A stretch of 64,000 nucleotides of DNA from Octopus sinensis (GCF_006345805.1 NC_043011.1:5828001-5892000), one strand, 5' to 3'; shown: positions 48,011 through 61,578, counted from the stretch's first letter. The notes: a model not told the origin generated them from the letters alone. Translations and numbers: made by a program.

Positions 48011-48176
48011 AGGCGAAGGAGTGGCTGTGTGGTAAGTAGCTTGTTTACCAATCACATGGTTCTGGGTTCAGTCCCACTGCGTGGCACCTTGGGCAAGTGG
48101 CTTCTACTATAGACCCGGGCCGACCAATGCCTTGTGAGTGGATTTGGTAGATGGAAACTGAAAGAAGCCTGTTGTA

Positions 48177-48231
<55 letters not shown>

Positions 48232-48450
48232 GTGTGTGTGTGTGTATATGTTTCTGTGTCTGTGTTTGTCCTCCTAGCATTGCTTGACAACTGATACTGG
48301 TGTGTTTACGTCCCCGTCACTTAGCAGTTCGGCAAAAAGAGACTGACAGAATAAGTACTAGGCTTACAAAGAATAAGTCCCGGGGTCGATTTGCTCGACT
48401 AAAGGTGGTGCTCCAGCATGGCCGCAGTCAAATGACTGAAACAAGTAAAA
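48011..48450 (+). mobile_element. SINE A, full length
   Basis: Consensus match. Confidence 0.9.
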
Positions 48451-48650
48451 ACAAACAAAAAACAACACACACACAGGTATAAGTTAGAGGTATTAAACCC
48501 TCTAAGGGATAAATGTATCCAAAGGCATTCCTGGTAATTACCTCAGTAAGTATAATCCTTAACTAATTAAATAATGGCTTCCTAGCGCAAAAGACACACT
48601 TCTTATTGTTATTTTTCTTCCATTTTCTTATCACCTATATATATATATAC

Positions 48651-48689
<39 letters not shown>

Positions 48690-48693
<4 letters not shown>

Positions 48694-49290
48694 CACGACA
48701 GGCTTCTTTCAATTTTCATCTACCAAATCCACTCACAAGGCTTTGGTCAGCCTGAGGCTAGAGTAGAAGACACTTTCCCAAGGTGCCATGCAGTGGGACT
48801 GAACCCAGAACCATGTGGTTGGTAAGCAAGTTACTTACCACACAGCCACAATTATTTTTATACAATTCCTAATAATCTTTAATTATTAAATTATAACAGG
48901 ATCTTTTAGACATCGAATGTCTACGAGGGTCTCCGGCTGAGTAGAATAGAAACCAAAGGGGTCCATAAGGAGTAAATGGTTTTGAGAACCACTGGTTTAG
49001 GTGAACAAAACCTCAGTAGATATCTGGTACTTATTCTATCAATCTGTTTTGCCAAACCACTAAGCTGCAGGGAGGTAAACAAACAAACACTGGTTGTCAA
49101 GTGGTAGTGGGGAACAAACACAAAGACATGCGCATGACAGGCTTCCACACAGTTTCCATTTATCAAATTCACTCACAAAGCATTGGTTGGCCTGGGACTA
49201 AAGTAGAAAACATGTGCACTGAGGGGTGCTGTGCAGTGGGATTGAACCCAAGACCACACCATTGCGGAGTAAGCTTCTTAACCACACAAC
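48690..49290 (-). mobile_element. Two SINE A fragments (48690-48850 and about 49020-49290)
   Basis: acgacaggcttctttc...cttaccacacagcca; older copy with gcttcttaaccacac. Confidence 0.65.
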
Positions 49291-49589
49291 CAATTTTAAC
49301 ATAAGTCAAGTAATTATAAAGGAGGGGGGTAAGTCAATCACAGTAACCCCAGTATGCAACTGGTACTTATTTAATTAACCCCAAAAAGATGAAAGGCAAA
49401 GTGGACCTTGGTGAAATTTGAACTCAGAATGCAAAGGGTCAAGTGAAATGCTGTAAAGCATTTTATCCAACATACAGACAGACAATTCTACCACCTCACC
49501 ACCGTGATAATAAATACATAAAAATAGATTAATATAGATAAATAAATAACAGTTAAATGTAATTAATAAGTAAATTCATTTCAGAGAGA

Positions 49590-50087
49590 AAGAAAGAAAG
49601 AGTGAACGTGTAAGATGAGAGAGAGAGGGAAAGAACAAGTGAGAGTATGAGAGAGAGAGAGAGGAAGAGAGAGAGAGAGAGAACGAGTAAGAGTATGAGA
49701 GAGGGAGGGAGAGAGGAAGAGAGAGAGAGAGAAAGAATGAGTAAGAGTATGAGAGAGAGAGAGAAAGAATGAGTTAGAGTATGAGAGAGAGAGAGAGAGA
49801 ACGAGTGAGAGTATGAGAGAGGGAGAGGAAGAAAGAATGAGTGAGAGTATGAGAGAGAGAGGGAGAGAGGAAGAGAGAGAGAAAGAACGAGTGAAAGTAA
49901 GAGAGAGAAAGAAAGAGTGAAATTAAAGGAAGAAAGAGGAAGAGAGAGAGAGAGAGAACGATTGAGAGTATGAGAGAGAGGGGGAAGAGAGAGAGAGAGG
50001 GGAAGAGAGAGAGAGAAGAGAGAGAGAGAATGAGTGAGAGTATGAGAGAGAGGGAGGGAGAGAGGAAGAGAGAGAGAGAGAGAGAAC
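49590..50087. repeat. ~500-bp GA-rich satellite with recurring GAGT(A/G)AGAGTATGAGA unit
   Basis: Nearly pure purine strand. Confidence 0.9.
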
Positions 50088-50509
50088 AGCAGGTAGGCTA
50101 AGGTAACGAGTTCCTATATTAAGAACTCCTGTTAGTGAAGAGGAAATAATATCGCAGATAATTAAGGTGAGATTGTGTTACATCAGTTGAGGTAGAGAGA
50201 TAGAAATCAATGAGAAAGGTTTAGGAAGACAGAGGAGAGAAGACATTGACACAAAGGAATGATGGGAAGGGGGAGGGGGGGACGTGTTCCAATTTAGTGT
50301 CGTTATTTAATGACATAGTCACTGATAACTTTTAACATATGGGTCGGTCGTTTAGCCACAGGTTGGCCTTGATCCAGGAGACCTACAATCAACAGCATTC
50401 CAACTTGCAACCATCTTATTTTCCAGGTGTGCCTCAGGTATATCAGAGCAATTTAGTGGGGGGAGGGGGAGGTTGTCCACTGGCCCTTTTGGGGGAGGTC
50501 TTTTCGTTA

Positions 50510-50700
50510 TTAATATTCGTTTACAATTTTGGCACAAGGGCAGCAATTTATTTCAGAGGAGAGGGTAAGTCAATTACATCGCCCCCCCCCAGTGCATAAC
50601 AGGTACTTATTTCATCGACCCTAAAAAAAATGTAGGCAAAAGTGGACCTCAGCAGAAACTGAACTCAGAACACTAAGATGGACAAAACACCACTAACGAT
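50510..50700 (-). mobile_element. SINE B
   Basis: ggcacaagggcagcaattt...caggtacttatttcatcgaccc...gaactcagaac. Confidence 0.7.
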
Positions 50701-50727
50701 TCCACAGCTTTATGTAATTAATATTAT

Positions 50728-51300
50728 CAAGGCAAGTTGGCAGAATCATTAGCATGCCAGGCAAAATGCTTTGTGGCATTTCATTTATTTTTAAATTCCG
50801 AGTTCAAATTCTAGTGGCTGTGTGGTAAGTAGCTTGCTAACCAGCCACATGGTTCCGGGTTCAGTCCCACTGCGTGGCATCTTGGGCAAGTGTCTTCTGC
50901 TATAGCCCCAGGCTGACCAATGCCTTCTGAGTGGATTTGGTAGACGGAAACTGAAAGAAGCCTGTCGTATATATGTATATATATATATATATGTATGTGT
51001 GTGTTTGTGTGTCTGTGTTTGTCCCCCTAGCATTGCTTGACAACCGATGCTGGTGTGTTTACGTCCCCGTCACTTAGCGGTTCGGCAAAACAGGCCGATA
51101 GAATAAGTACTGGGCTTACAAAGAATAAGTCCCGGGGTCGATTTGCTCGACTAAAGGCGGTGCTCCAGCATGGCCGCAGTCAAATGATTGAAACAAGTAA
51201 AAGAGTAAAGAGAGAGAGTCAATTTTGCCTTTCATCGTTTCAGTATCGATGAAATAAATACCAGTCATACAATGGGGTTGATGTAATCAACTGGCCCCCA
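50728..51300 (+). mobile_element. SINE B split by a young SINE A insertion (50814-51213)
   Basis: B head to gagttcaaattct, SINE A gtggctgtgtgg...gagtaaagagagagag, B resumes tcaattttgcctttcatc. Confidence 0.8.
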
Positions 51301-51539
51301 TTTTTACAGTAGATAGGATTGTTATTAAGATGGTGAGCTGGCAGAAGTATTTATTAGAGAACGGAAAAAAATACTTTGCACCATTCATTCCAGCCCTTTA
51401 CTTTCCGAGTTCAAATTCTGCTGATATACTGGGGTCGAGGTAAATGACAAAGCTCTTTGTGCCAAAATAAGAAAGCATTATCATAATTAATCTTCTTGCA
51501 CTTTCTCAATTTTTTGTCAACCCATGAATTTTTTAAAGA

Positions 51540-51721
51540 AACAATTATTATTATTATTATTATTATTATAATTATTATCATTATTATTATTGTTATTATT
51601 ATTGTCATTATTATTATTATTGTTATTATTATTATAATTATTATCATTATTATTATTGTTATTATTATTGTCATTATTATTATTATTGTTATTATTGTTG
51701 TTATTATTATTATTATTATTT
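51540..51721. repeat. (ATT/GTT)n with a higher-order duplication
   Basis: ataattattatcattattattattgttattattattgtc block occurs twice. Confidence 0.9.
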
Positions 51722-51930
51722 AAGGTGGCGAGCTGGCAGAATTATTAGTGTGCTGGACAAAATGCTTAGTGGTATTTTGCCAATCTCTACATTCTGAGTT
51801 CAAATTCCATTGAGGTCAACTTTGCTTTTCATCTTTTTGGGGTTAAATAAAATAAGGACCAGTTCATGTAATTGACCATCCTACTCCCCACCCCCCAAAT
51901 TTCAGGCCTTGTGCCAACTGTAGAAAAGAC
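51722..51930 (+). mobile_element. SINE B
   Basis: aaggtggcgagctggcagaa head directly after (ATT)n. Confidence 0.8.
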
Positions 51931-52532
51931 CAGTAGTAGTAGTAGTAGTAGTAGTAGTATTTCTGGTTGGGTTTTTTTTTTCTTTTTCCAGTTAATTGAA
52001 TATTTTTCGTCTATCCAGTTTTAATTTATTTATCAAAATAAATAAATAAATAAAATAATAAAAATTATTGAAGTGAAGCTGGTAATGTTTGAAGAATATT
52101 CTCTGGGAATCACACACACACACTCACACACAAATATGTGCAGACATATACTGAAGCATACATACACCTAAGACATAAGCAGACATATATATACATGTAC
52201 ACACACAAACACACACACAAACACATGTAAACGCACAGACATACACAGTGTCTAATTCCATTAAATTCTTAATGATTCTTAGTTTTCTCAGTCATAATTA
52301 CAAATTATATAAAAGAAAAAAAAATCTTCTTTCCCACCCCTATCCTTATAATTATCATAATTAAACAGAAATTAATTATGGTTCTCTCATTGTAACACTT
52401 TTAATTAACCTGCAAAAAAACCATTTCTCCAAGACCAATCTCATTTAGATTTGGTTTGTTTGTTTTTTTATTTGTCTTAATTTCTCCAAGGACAATAAAT
52501 TGGGTACTGTGGAGTCATAAGATATAGAGTAA

Positions 52533-52854
52533 TAGGCGCAGGAGTGGCTGTGTGGTAAGTAGCTTGCTAACCAACCACATGGTTCCGGGTCCAGGGTAAG
52601 TGTCTTCTACTATAGCCCCAGGCTGACCAATGCTTTGTGAGTGGATATGGTAGACGGAAACTGAAAGAAGCCTGTCGTATATATGTATATATATATGTAT
52701 GTATGTGTGTGTGTGTGTGTGTGTGTGTTTGTCCCCCTAGCATTGCTTGACAACCGATGCTGGTGTGTTTACGTCCCTGTCACTTAGCGGTTCGGCAAAA
52801 GAGACCAATAGAATAAGTACTGGGCTTACAAAGAATAAGTCCCGGGGTCGATTT
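52533..52854 (+). mobile_element. SINE A with internal deletion, 3'-truncated
   Basis: aggcgcaggagtggctg...gggtcgatttg, then unrelated MITE-like sequence ending aaaggtttaa (about 53000). Confidence 0.8.
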
Positions 52855-53094
52855 GTGAGAGGTCAGATTTTGATGATGTGACAGCATATTTGTAGAATAA
52901 CATTGTAGGGTAGGTGTGAGAGGCTGGATCTGGTCACTTTGAACATAAAACAGGCAGAGTATTTGGGCTGGATATAACCAGTTTAAATGCTAAAGGTTTA
53001 AAAACAAGACCAGATTGGAAAATGTAGATCTAGATATAGTATGTCCAAAATAAAAGCCAGAATAGCCCTAGCTGGAGCACCTTTGATCATCTGA

Positions 53095-53545
53095 GCACAC
53101 CTGGCAAAATACTAAGCAGCGTTTTATTTATCTTTTAAGTTCTGAGTTCAAATTCCACCAAGGTCAACTTTGCCTTTCATCATTTAGGGGTCAACGATAT
53201 AAGTACCAGTTGAATACTGGGGTCAATTATATCAACTGCACCCCACTCCCCAAAAATTTTAGGCCTTGTGCTTACAGTAGAAAAGATTATTATTATTATA
53301 TTATTATTATTAAGGCAGCAAACTGGCAGATTTGTTGGTGCGTTGGACGAAATCCTTAGCAGTATTTCGTCTGCCGTTACGTTCTGAGTTCAAATTCCAC
53401 CGAGGTCGACTTTGCCTTTCATCCTTTCGGGGTCAATTAAACAAGTACCAGTTATGCACTGGGGTTTAATGTAATCAACTTAATCCCTTTGTCTGTCCTT
53501 ATTTGTCCCCTCTATGCTTAGAACCCTGTGGGCAATGAAGAAATA
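53095..53545 (+). mobile_element. Two tandem SINE B copies (old-tail and young-tail types)
   Basis: First ends gccttgtgcttacagtagaaaag(ATT)n; second ends ccctttgtctgtcc...gtgggcaatgaagaaat. Confidence 0.8.
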
Positions 53546-56049
53546 AATAATAGAAGACACTTGTCCAAAGTAGAATGCAGAGGGATTGAACCTGGGATGG
53601 CCATGGTTGGGATACCTCTAATCATGTGCTGGCTCATGTAAAAGCTGAGCTGGGGGCTAAACAATAATGATATGTATAAAGAGAGAGCCTCTGTGATGTC
53701 ACTCAGATTGCAAGAAATAGCAGCCAAATTACTCTTAATTCACATCCAAACATCTTAAGAAAAGGAAGGATGACTTAGAAGCAAACTTATCACACATCCA
53801 AGCCTGCACCTATAACATTGTTTCACTCCATCTGCTCCAGTAAGGCTTGAAGGCCACTCATTCATATTTTCCCTTCACTTATCATCGGTGTGTGGTGGTG
53901 GTGGTGGTGGCTGTACATGTCAGCATTATTATGATACAAATGACAGACAGCAAGATATAAAACCATTAAACAAAAACCAAGAGACAATAAAAAGAAAATA
54001 ACAAAAAACATAATAGTATACAATAAACGATAAAATTTCACCTTTGATGCAGAGAGAGAGAGAGTGGGGGGGGGGGAGACAGACAGACAGACAGACTTCC
54101 ATTTAAGAAAAAAAAATGTCTGACAATTTCTGACTAGAGAAAACTTTTCTTTTTATTTCAAAAATGATGAAAAAAAAATAAAATAAAAGTAATCCAATAT
54201 ATTTTTTTTTTTTGCAAAACCATCAGATACAATCAGTCACTTCAACTGCATATTATTCTGATGTCTCCTCTTCATTTATATGTTAAAATAAATTTTTTTT
54301 CCCCTTCGTTTTGGACTTCCACCATCACCAACATCTTGACATGATTCTACTCTTTTCTTTTTTACATTTTTCCTTCGGTTCCTGTATTATCAGTGAAGCA
54401 AGATGGAACACAAAAGCTTCAGACATTCACAGGGAAATCTAATGCAGTAATATGATTTCACTTGATTGTTACTCTTCTGAGAGAGAAGAAGAACAACTTT
54501 GTCTCAACAAAGCAGTAAAATAGTTACAAGAACACTTTTCGCCAATTTAGAAGAAAATAAAAGCGTTCATTTACTCCAATTTCATTGGAATAGTTTTGTT
54601 TTCTGGTTTTTGGTTTCTTTCAAACAATTTTTTCTCCCTAATTAAAGGAGGGGTGGAATCCCCCACCCCCTCCATTTTCTTTTTTTTTTCTTCATGAGTA
54701 ATCCCCTTCATCGTGGAGCATTGATAGGAACTAAGCAAGCTAAAAACTGTTCCAACAATTCAAAGATATTAGCAGAAAATATTTTTTCCCCTTCACATCC
54801 ACAGACAAAAAGAAAATCATTTTACACAAAAATGGAAAAAGGGAAAAAAATAAAGAGGAAATAGTCTTATTTTGTATAATTTTTTTCTAGTTTTTTTTTG
54901 TTTTTTCCTTGTTTTGTTTATTTTAGGGTGAATTTTTGCATTGTGTTAACCAATTCATCAAGCTGCTGTTCATCTAAAAGATGATAGAATTTCATCCCAA
55001 ATTTTCCATTCCATTTGGCTGAAAACTATTCTTCATTAAACAACACACAATTGTACACAGTTTCCAAAACTATTTTTCAATTTGTCTACAACACAAATAA
55101 CAGTGTTTAATACACTTACCAATTCCTACAATTATAGGAAATATTTCAGAACATTGGAATTAGGTCAACAATTTTAGCTCCTGCTTCGTGTCTGAATAAA
55201 TGTGTGTAGATATGTAATTATGTGTGTGTGTATATACATATAAGTGTTTGTGTCTAACATGTGTGTATGTGAAGAGTTTTATATGAGAGAGAAAGAAAGA
55301 GACTGAATTCATAAAAGTGTTTTTTTTTAGCAATAACATAAAATGTTTCCCAAACATATTTTTGGAATTGCTGTGGAGACGGTGGGTGGGGGACCAAAAA
55401 ACTGATCAGAAAGTTAATAAGGGGGCTGGGTTACTGGACCAAGAGATGACTTGAAGCGTGTATATATGTATATTTAGATACATACATATATATATGTACA
55501 TAATATATACATCAATGTAGGTATGTTTATATATTTATTATTATGACAATAGTATTGATGGCAACAGGCTTCCAGCAAGACAATCACAGGTTTACTACAT
55601 ATCTGATGATCGGAGTGATAAAGGGAGTGTTTGTAACTTGAGGCAGAACAAATATCACAATGGATTCCATTCATAATGATTTTTTTTCCTTACTACTGCT
55701 TAATATTCTTCACCTATATACATTTGATTGGTTGACAGACAGACAAACAGACAAAGAGACAGACAGACAGACAGATGGGCAGGCATACATATATACATAC
55801 ATATACACATACATACATAAGAGGTTTGCACACAGCCATCTATACAATCTCATTCACCAAGTATTAGTCAATCCAAGACAATAGCAGAAAACATTGACAT
55901 CAAGGTGCTACTGTGCTGCAGGATCAAACCCCAGGCATGCGGTTGCAAACCATTTTTGTGATGATAATTAAACAGGATTAAATGAGGTAAATCAATTATT
56001 TATAATATTTTTGTAATATTTAGTTGCATGCTCATCACCAGAAATGGTC

Positions 56050-56265
56050 AACACTACATATGGCCATCATTAGAGGTAGCCATTGCCAGACATGGCCTTG
56101 CCAGATGTGGCCGTCACCAGATGTGGCCATCACCAGATGTGGCCATCGCCAAGTGTGGATGTCATCACAAATAGCTATCACCAGTCTTAGCCCTCACTTG
56201 ATGGCCATCACCAAGCATGACTGTCACCAGAGATGACTGTCACTAGACGTGGTCATCCCCAGGTG
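56050..56265. repeat. ~16-bp minisatellite CAGATGTGGCCATCAC, degenerate at the edges
   Basis: Three near-perfect units at about 56101-56150. Confidence 0.75.
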
Positions 56266-56499
56266 TAAACATCGTCTCATCTCTACCGTGTAGGTTTGAA
56301 CCAGAAATGTCAAGTTAGCAGTCATCATCATTACATTAACCATAAAATTGGAAGGGAATCTGGGCTAAAAAGGGTTAGTTGAAATGTTAAAGGATTAAAA
56401 GATTAAAGTAGAGCAACATTCAGTGATTTTGTTTCTGTAGGCTAAAGGTGTATGAGGGTGGGGAGAATGGACATAAGTTAAGTTAATTTTTGGGGCTCA

Positions 56500-56851
56500 A
56501 AAAGCAAAAAGCAAGGCCATTTCTGGTCAAGAGAGACTTTGAACCGAGCGGTCATCGGCATCTTCACTATCTCGTCTGGCAGCTTATTCCACGGATCCAC
56601 AACCCGGATGGAGAAAGACCCTCTCCTTCGATTGAGATGAAATCATCGCAGATAGGGCTTTTTGGAGTGACCCCGCAGCCGACGCTCTGGAGCAGGAGTG
56701 AAGAACAGCTCTTTCGAGAGGTTACACTTTCCGCTTATGATGTTGTGAGCAAGAATGAGATCACCACAGCGTCGTCGTTTTTCTAGAGAATAAAGGTCGA
56801 GCGTCTTCAGCCTTTCTTCATAAGACAAATGCTTGAGACCAAAAACAATGT
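56500..56851 (-). mobile_element. CR1-type LINE 3' fragment
   Basis: ...GLKHLSYEERLKTLDLYSLEKRRRCGDLILAHNII...RLRGHSKK...RVVDPWNKLPD. Confidence 0.85.
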
Positions 56852-56866
56852 TAATAATAATAATAA

Positions 56867-57165
56867 TTGAGAAATATCGGGATGTCGCCAGAGAGCTGAG
56901 AAGACTGAGGAAGACAAAGTGCAACAATTATTCTGGTAGTAATTGGTGCACTTGGCACAACACCTGAAATGCTGCCTAAAAGACTGAAAGCAAATGGAAT
57001 TGTGACTCAGATTGTCGACCTGCAGAAAGTACCATCCTACATTCTTCAAGAATTCTGAGAAAGATTCTTGAGATCTGAGGAGACTTGTCGTCGTCAAACC
57101 TCAAGATAAAATACCTGCTAATTAGCACACATTATTGAAATAATAATAATAATAATAATAATAAT
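56867..57165 (+). mobile_element. R4/Dong-type RLE retrotransposon 3' fragment
   Basis: EKYRDVARELRRL...VVIGALGTTPEMLPKRLK...LQK; (AAT)n on both flanks. Confidence 0.7.
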
Positions 57166-57375
57166 CCTTTCTACTATAGGCAAACAGCCTGGAATTTTAG
57201 GAGAAGGGGCTAGATGATTACATTGACTCGGTGCCCAAATGATATTTATTTCATTGACCTCAAAAGGGTAAAATGGCAAAATTAACCTCAGCAGAACTGA
57301 AACTTAGAATGTGAAGACAGTAAAAGTGTTGCAAAGTATTTTGTCTGGTATGCTAATGATTCTGCCAGCTCTCCA
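57165..57375 (-). mobile_element. SINE B, old
   Basis: (AAT)n cctttctactataggc...gattctgccagct. Confidence 0.7.
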
Positions 57376-57381
57376 CTTTGA

Positions 57382-57412
<31 letters not shown>

Positions 57413-57742
57413 AGTGGTGGTGCTGATGATGATGATTTATGTATATATGTGTGCATACTTAATCACATACACTGGTAGACACACAGACAGACACTTTACA
57501 CGACACCCCCTCCTCCACCTCTATCTATGTAAAAGTGGAACATATTCCGTAGTTGCTGATGGTTAAAAACAGCTTCCATCGTTTCCATTGATACCATTTC
57601 GATCGCATATTGTTAAGATGACGTCTCGTATTAGAGAAGTCTTTAAGAAATGCAAGTTCATGAACTTTACCGTTCTTTTCAGACTTGCTGCTTTCTCTCT
57701 GAGATGAAAGTTGAGAAGCAATGAAGAAAAATGATTCATGGA

Positions 57743-57777
<35 letters not shown>

Positions 57778-58459
57778 CATGTGTGCATGCATTAGTGCAT
57801 TATGCTTACTCATACACACACACACACACACACACATCAAATGGTACAATTTTTTAAAGTTTTGCACCATCATCATTGGTGGCAGCAATGTCATCATCAT
57901 CATCATCACCATCATCATGTTTAACTGGGGTATTTTTTTTCCATGCTGGAGGAAGCTGGACAAGTCTCATCAACATCTCACCACTCATCATCTAACAAAG
58001 ACAGCAATGGGGTGGGGGGAACAAAAGAAACAAAAAAAAACAACTACAAAAAAAAAAGCCACCTTTCACAAAGCATGTTATGCTTTCAGTCAAGGTTATA
58101 CACTTCAATGCCATTCATTCAGAAAGGAGTTCAAATTGATATTATCCTGTGACCGATCGGTACTCGACTGAATGGGATTCCTGCAATTGTAATAAAGGAA
58201 CAACCCTATTCTGTTTCAGAGTTGTTGCTCTTTTAGGTCTCGATTGCCTGAACTGGAGATTGGGGTATCTGTGCCACCCCTATTTCTGCCTTGCTTATTA
58301 GAGGGAGGAGAGTTATGCTTTCTGTTGCTGGATGTCCTTCCTGCCGCCATATTGAAGAGGATTGGTTCATTTCTTGTGCCATTTGCACTGAAAAGGTCAT
58401 CCCCGACAATACTAACAAATCCTCTCTATAATATTACATCACATCTGTTAATTCCTTCA

Positions 58460-58860
58460 TCATCATCATCGTTTAAACCTTTCGTTACTGAATTTATTTT
58501 GAGGTGCTCAGTATTTCTTTCAATTAATTTTAAATATAACAAAGAATTTAGTTAAATAACTTAGTTATCATTCAGCTAGTGTTAGGAATATAAATTGCGA
58601 CTAAGGTTTAATGGAAAATTTTAATTCAAAATTTATGAAAACAAGAGAGCCAGAGGTGGTTTCAGCCAGGTTGGTATCAAAAGGGTTAATGTCTCCCTTC
58701 CATGCTGGCATGGGTTGGACAGTTTGACAGGAGCTGGCAAAGCAGGAGCCAGCGCCATGCTTCTGAGTGTGTTTTGGCAGGGTTTTTACAGCTGGATGCC
58801 CTTCCTAACACCAACCACCCTACAGAGTGGGCTGAGTGCTTTTTATGTGGCACCAACACA
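58460..58860 (-). mobile_element. RTE tail interrupted by a piggyBac-type MITE (58477-58685) at its TTAA
   Basis: catcatcatcgtTTAA[acctttcgttac...ggtatcaaaaggg]TTAAtgtctcccttccatgctggcatggg. Confidence 0.75.
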
Positions 58861-59169
58861 GGTGAGGTCAGTTTTGGCATGGCTTTTTTTTTCAGCTCTC
58901 TGTATATATGTTGCTCTGATTAGCCCATCTGGCACAGGGCCCACAGCCACTTTTTATTTGTCTGGACTTAGTCTTGTTCCATTTGACATTGGATTTTAAA
59001 CATCTGGCCTGGTCTGAGCATGAAATGTTAAATGCCATTTATTGACATCTTATCTATTTAATATATAAAAAGAGAGAGAGAGAAGTGGGTATCAGATTCA
59101 TAAAAATACATGTGAGTGAAGGTCAAATGTATTATATACACTTGAATAAGTGTGTATAATACTAAATGT

Positions 59170-59370
59170 ACATAGAAGGCGACTTACTGACTGACAGAAG
59201 CCTTAACATGCTGGGCAAAATGGTTAGTGGCATTTTGTCCATTTTTACCTTCTGAGTTCAAATTCTGCTCAGGTCGACTTTGCCTTTTGTCCTTATAAGC
59301 TCGATAAAATAAGTACCAGTTTATCCCTGAAACCTTCATCCGCCCCAACCCTACCGAAATTGCTGGCCTT
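59170..59370 (-). mobile_element. SINE B-like
   Basis: Contains gagttcaaattctgctcaggtcgactttgcc and gataaaataagtaccagt (these motifs read on +, so orientation is uncertain). Confidence 0.55.
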
Positions 59371-59498
59371 GTACATATATAATGTACATGCATACATTAT
59401 ATATATATATATTACACACATTTTATTTATATATACATTTTATATATATATGTATATATATTCACACTCACACATATATTCACACACGTGTTTGTGTG

Positions 59499-59550
<52 letters not shown>

Positions 59551-59950
59551 AAATATATATATATATATTGTTTTTATGTATTTTAGTATTCTTATTCGAG
59601 TAACATCGTCCGTTTTTCCATCCTTGTTTTGTATACATTCAAGGCTTTCTTCCAAGGAATCTAATGCGCTTGGCTTAGATTTTCCTTTGGGGCTGGCCAG
59701 ATCAGAAGCAATCTCAAGATTAATCAGCCAAAATTGCGAGGATGATCCGGTTCTTGACTGAAGATTGAAGGCTTCGAATGTCCCGTCCGTGTTTTTTGTA
59801 TCGTCTTCTAAATGTTTTCCGTTCTTGTCCCAGTTTGTATTTTTTTACATATACATATATATATATATACACATATATATATATATATACATTATATATA
59901 TATATATATATATATACATTATATATATATATATGTATATATATACACAT

Positions 59951-60175
59951 AGGCGGCGAGCTGGCAGAAACGTTAGCATGCCGGGCGAAATGCGTAACCG
60001 TATTTCGTTACGTTCTGAGTTCAAATTCCGCCGAGGTCGACTTTGCCTTTCATCCTTTCGGGGTCGATAAATTATGTACCAGTTACGCACTGGGGTCAAT
60101 ATAATCGACTTAATTCATTTGTCTGTCCTTGTTTGTCCTCTCTGTGTTTAGCCCCTTGTGGGTAGTAAAAAAAAA
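59951..60175 (+). mobile_element. SINE B, young, full length
   Basis: Near-identical to 8695 and 42537; in (TA)n. Confidence 0.9.
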
Positions 60176-60603
60176 TATATATATATAAACACATACATAC
60201 ATATTGGAAACACATGTTGGTTTGGTAAATTATGGCAACATATGGAATGTCTGTTATAATCTAAGGAGGAATGCAATAACAAACAACACTGGTCGCTGTT
60301 CAACCCCAGGCCAACCGAGATTGAGAAAACCTATGATCAAAGACAATGCAGCCATGACCATCTCACTCTATTTTGACACTATCTGGGACTTACATTATCA
60401 AATGTGTTCTTCATTTAAACCAACAGACCAGTGGTTCTTAACCTGGGTCTTTATGGCCCTTGGTGGGATCCATATAAGATTTTGCTGTTAAGATTTATGT
60501 GCAATAAAACACTACAATACAGCAAATATTTTAAATTTTTTCATATAATTCCAAATGATTTTTAATTATAAAAATATGAGATTTTTTAGACATACATATA
60601 CAC

Positions 60604-60991
60604 GTGGCTGTGTGGTAAGTAGCTTGTTTACGAACCACATGGTTCCAGGTTCAGTCTCACTGCGTGGCACCGTGGGCAAGTGTCTTCTACTATAGCCTCG
60701 GGCCGACCAAAGCTTTGTGAGTGGATTTGGTAGACGGAAACTGAAAGAAGCCTGTCGTATATATGTATGTATATATATATATGTATGCATGTGTGTGTTT
60801 GTGTGTCTGTGTTTGTCCCCCTGGCATTGCTTGACAACCGATGCTAGTGTGTTTATGTCCCCGTTCGGCAAAAGAGACCGATAGAATAAGTACTGGGCTT
60901 ACAAAAGAATAAGTCCTGGGGTCGAATTGCTCGATTAAAGGCGGTGCTCCAGCATGGCTGCAGTCAAATGACTGAAACAAGTAAAAGAGTA
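60604..60991 (+). mobile_element. SINE A
   Basis: Consensus match. Confidence 0.88.
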
Positions 60992-61578
60992 ATACAATGG
61001 CTATGAGGGTCCTTATGAGTAAAATGGAAATCAAAAGGGTACATAGGCAAAGAATGGTTGAGAACCACTGATTTAGAGACTGATTTAAGAGAGATTTGGC
61101 TGATATTTCTAGCATACTGAGTGACCACATAGAAACTAACCTCATTGACTCACCGAATATGCTGAGTAACCAAGGAGAATGGTCGATGTGCAATGATGAG
61201 GAACGGAATTAATCATATTCAAAATAAAGCTGGAGAATATTACAGAAATGGTAAAAAGAAACCATTAGCGGAAGCAGGAGAATAAAAGACAGGTATATAA
61301 ATTGAATTTGTTTGGTTCGTTTTAAGAAAATAATGTGAATGTAATCGATTTGGACTGCTGGGTGACGGCTAGCTGTCTAACGGGGGGGGGGGGGGTAAAT
61401 ATAGACAATTCTGTAGAATGTATCAATATATCTGGTTATTAATGAAAGTGAGTCTGTGGAGAAAACAGGGAATAAACCAAAAATATGTGTTTGAAGGAAT
61501 CGCAGAATTCAACAAGGTGTGGTAAATTAGATTAGGTGCTATCTTCAAAACATACATATACAATCCATACACATACAT

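Noticed and set aside
57070-57105. CTGAGGAGAC...GTC, hammerhead-like
   Set aside because: It lacks GAAA and lies at the ORF end/3' UTR of the Dong-like fragment.
54395-57790. Protein-like short frames at about 54395, 55553-55676 and 57525-57788
   Set aside because: Several frames are open at once, splice signals are weak or one-sided, and no homology was recognised.
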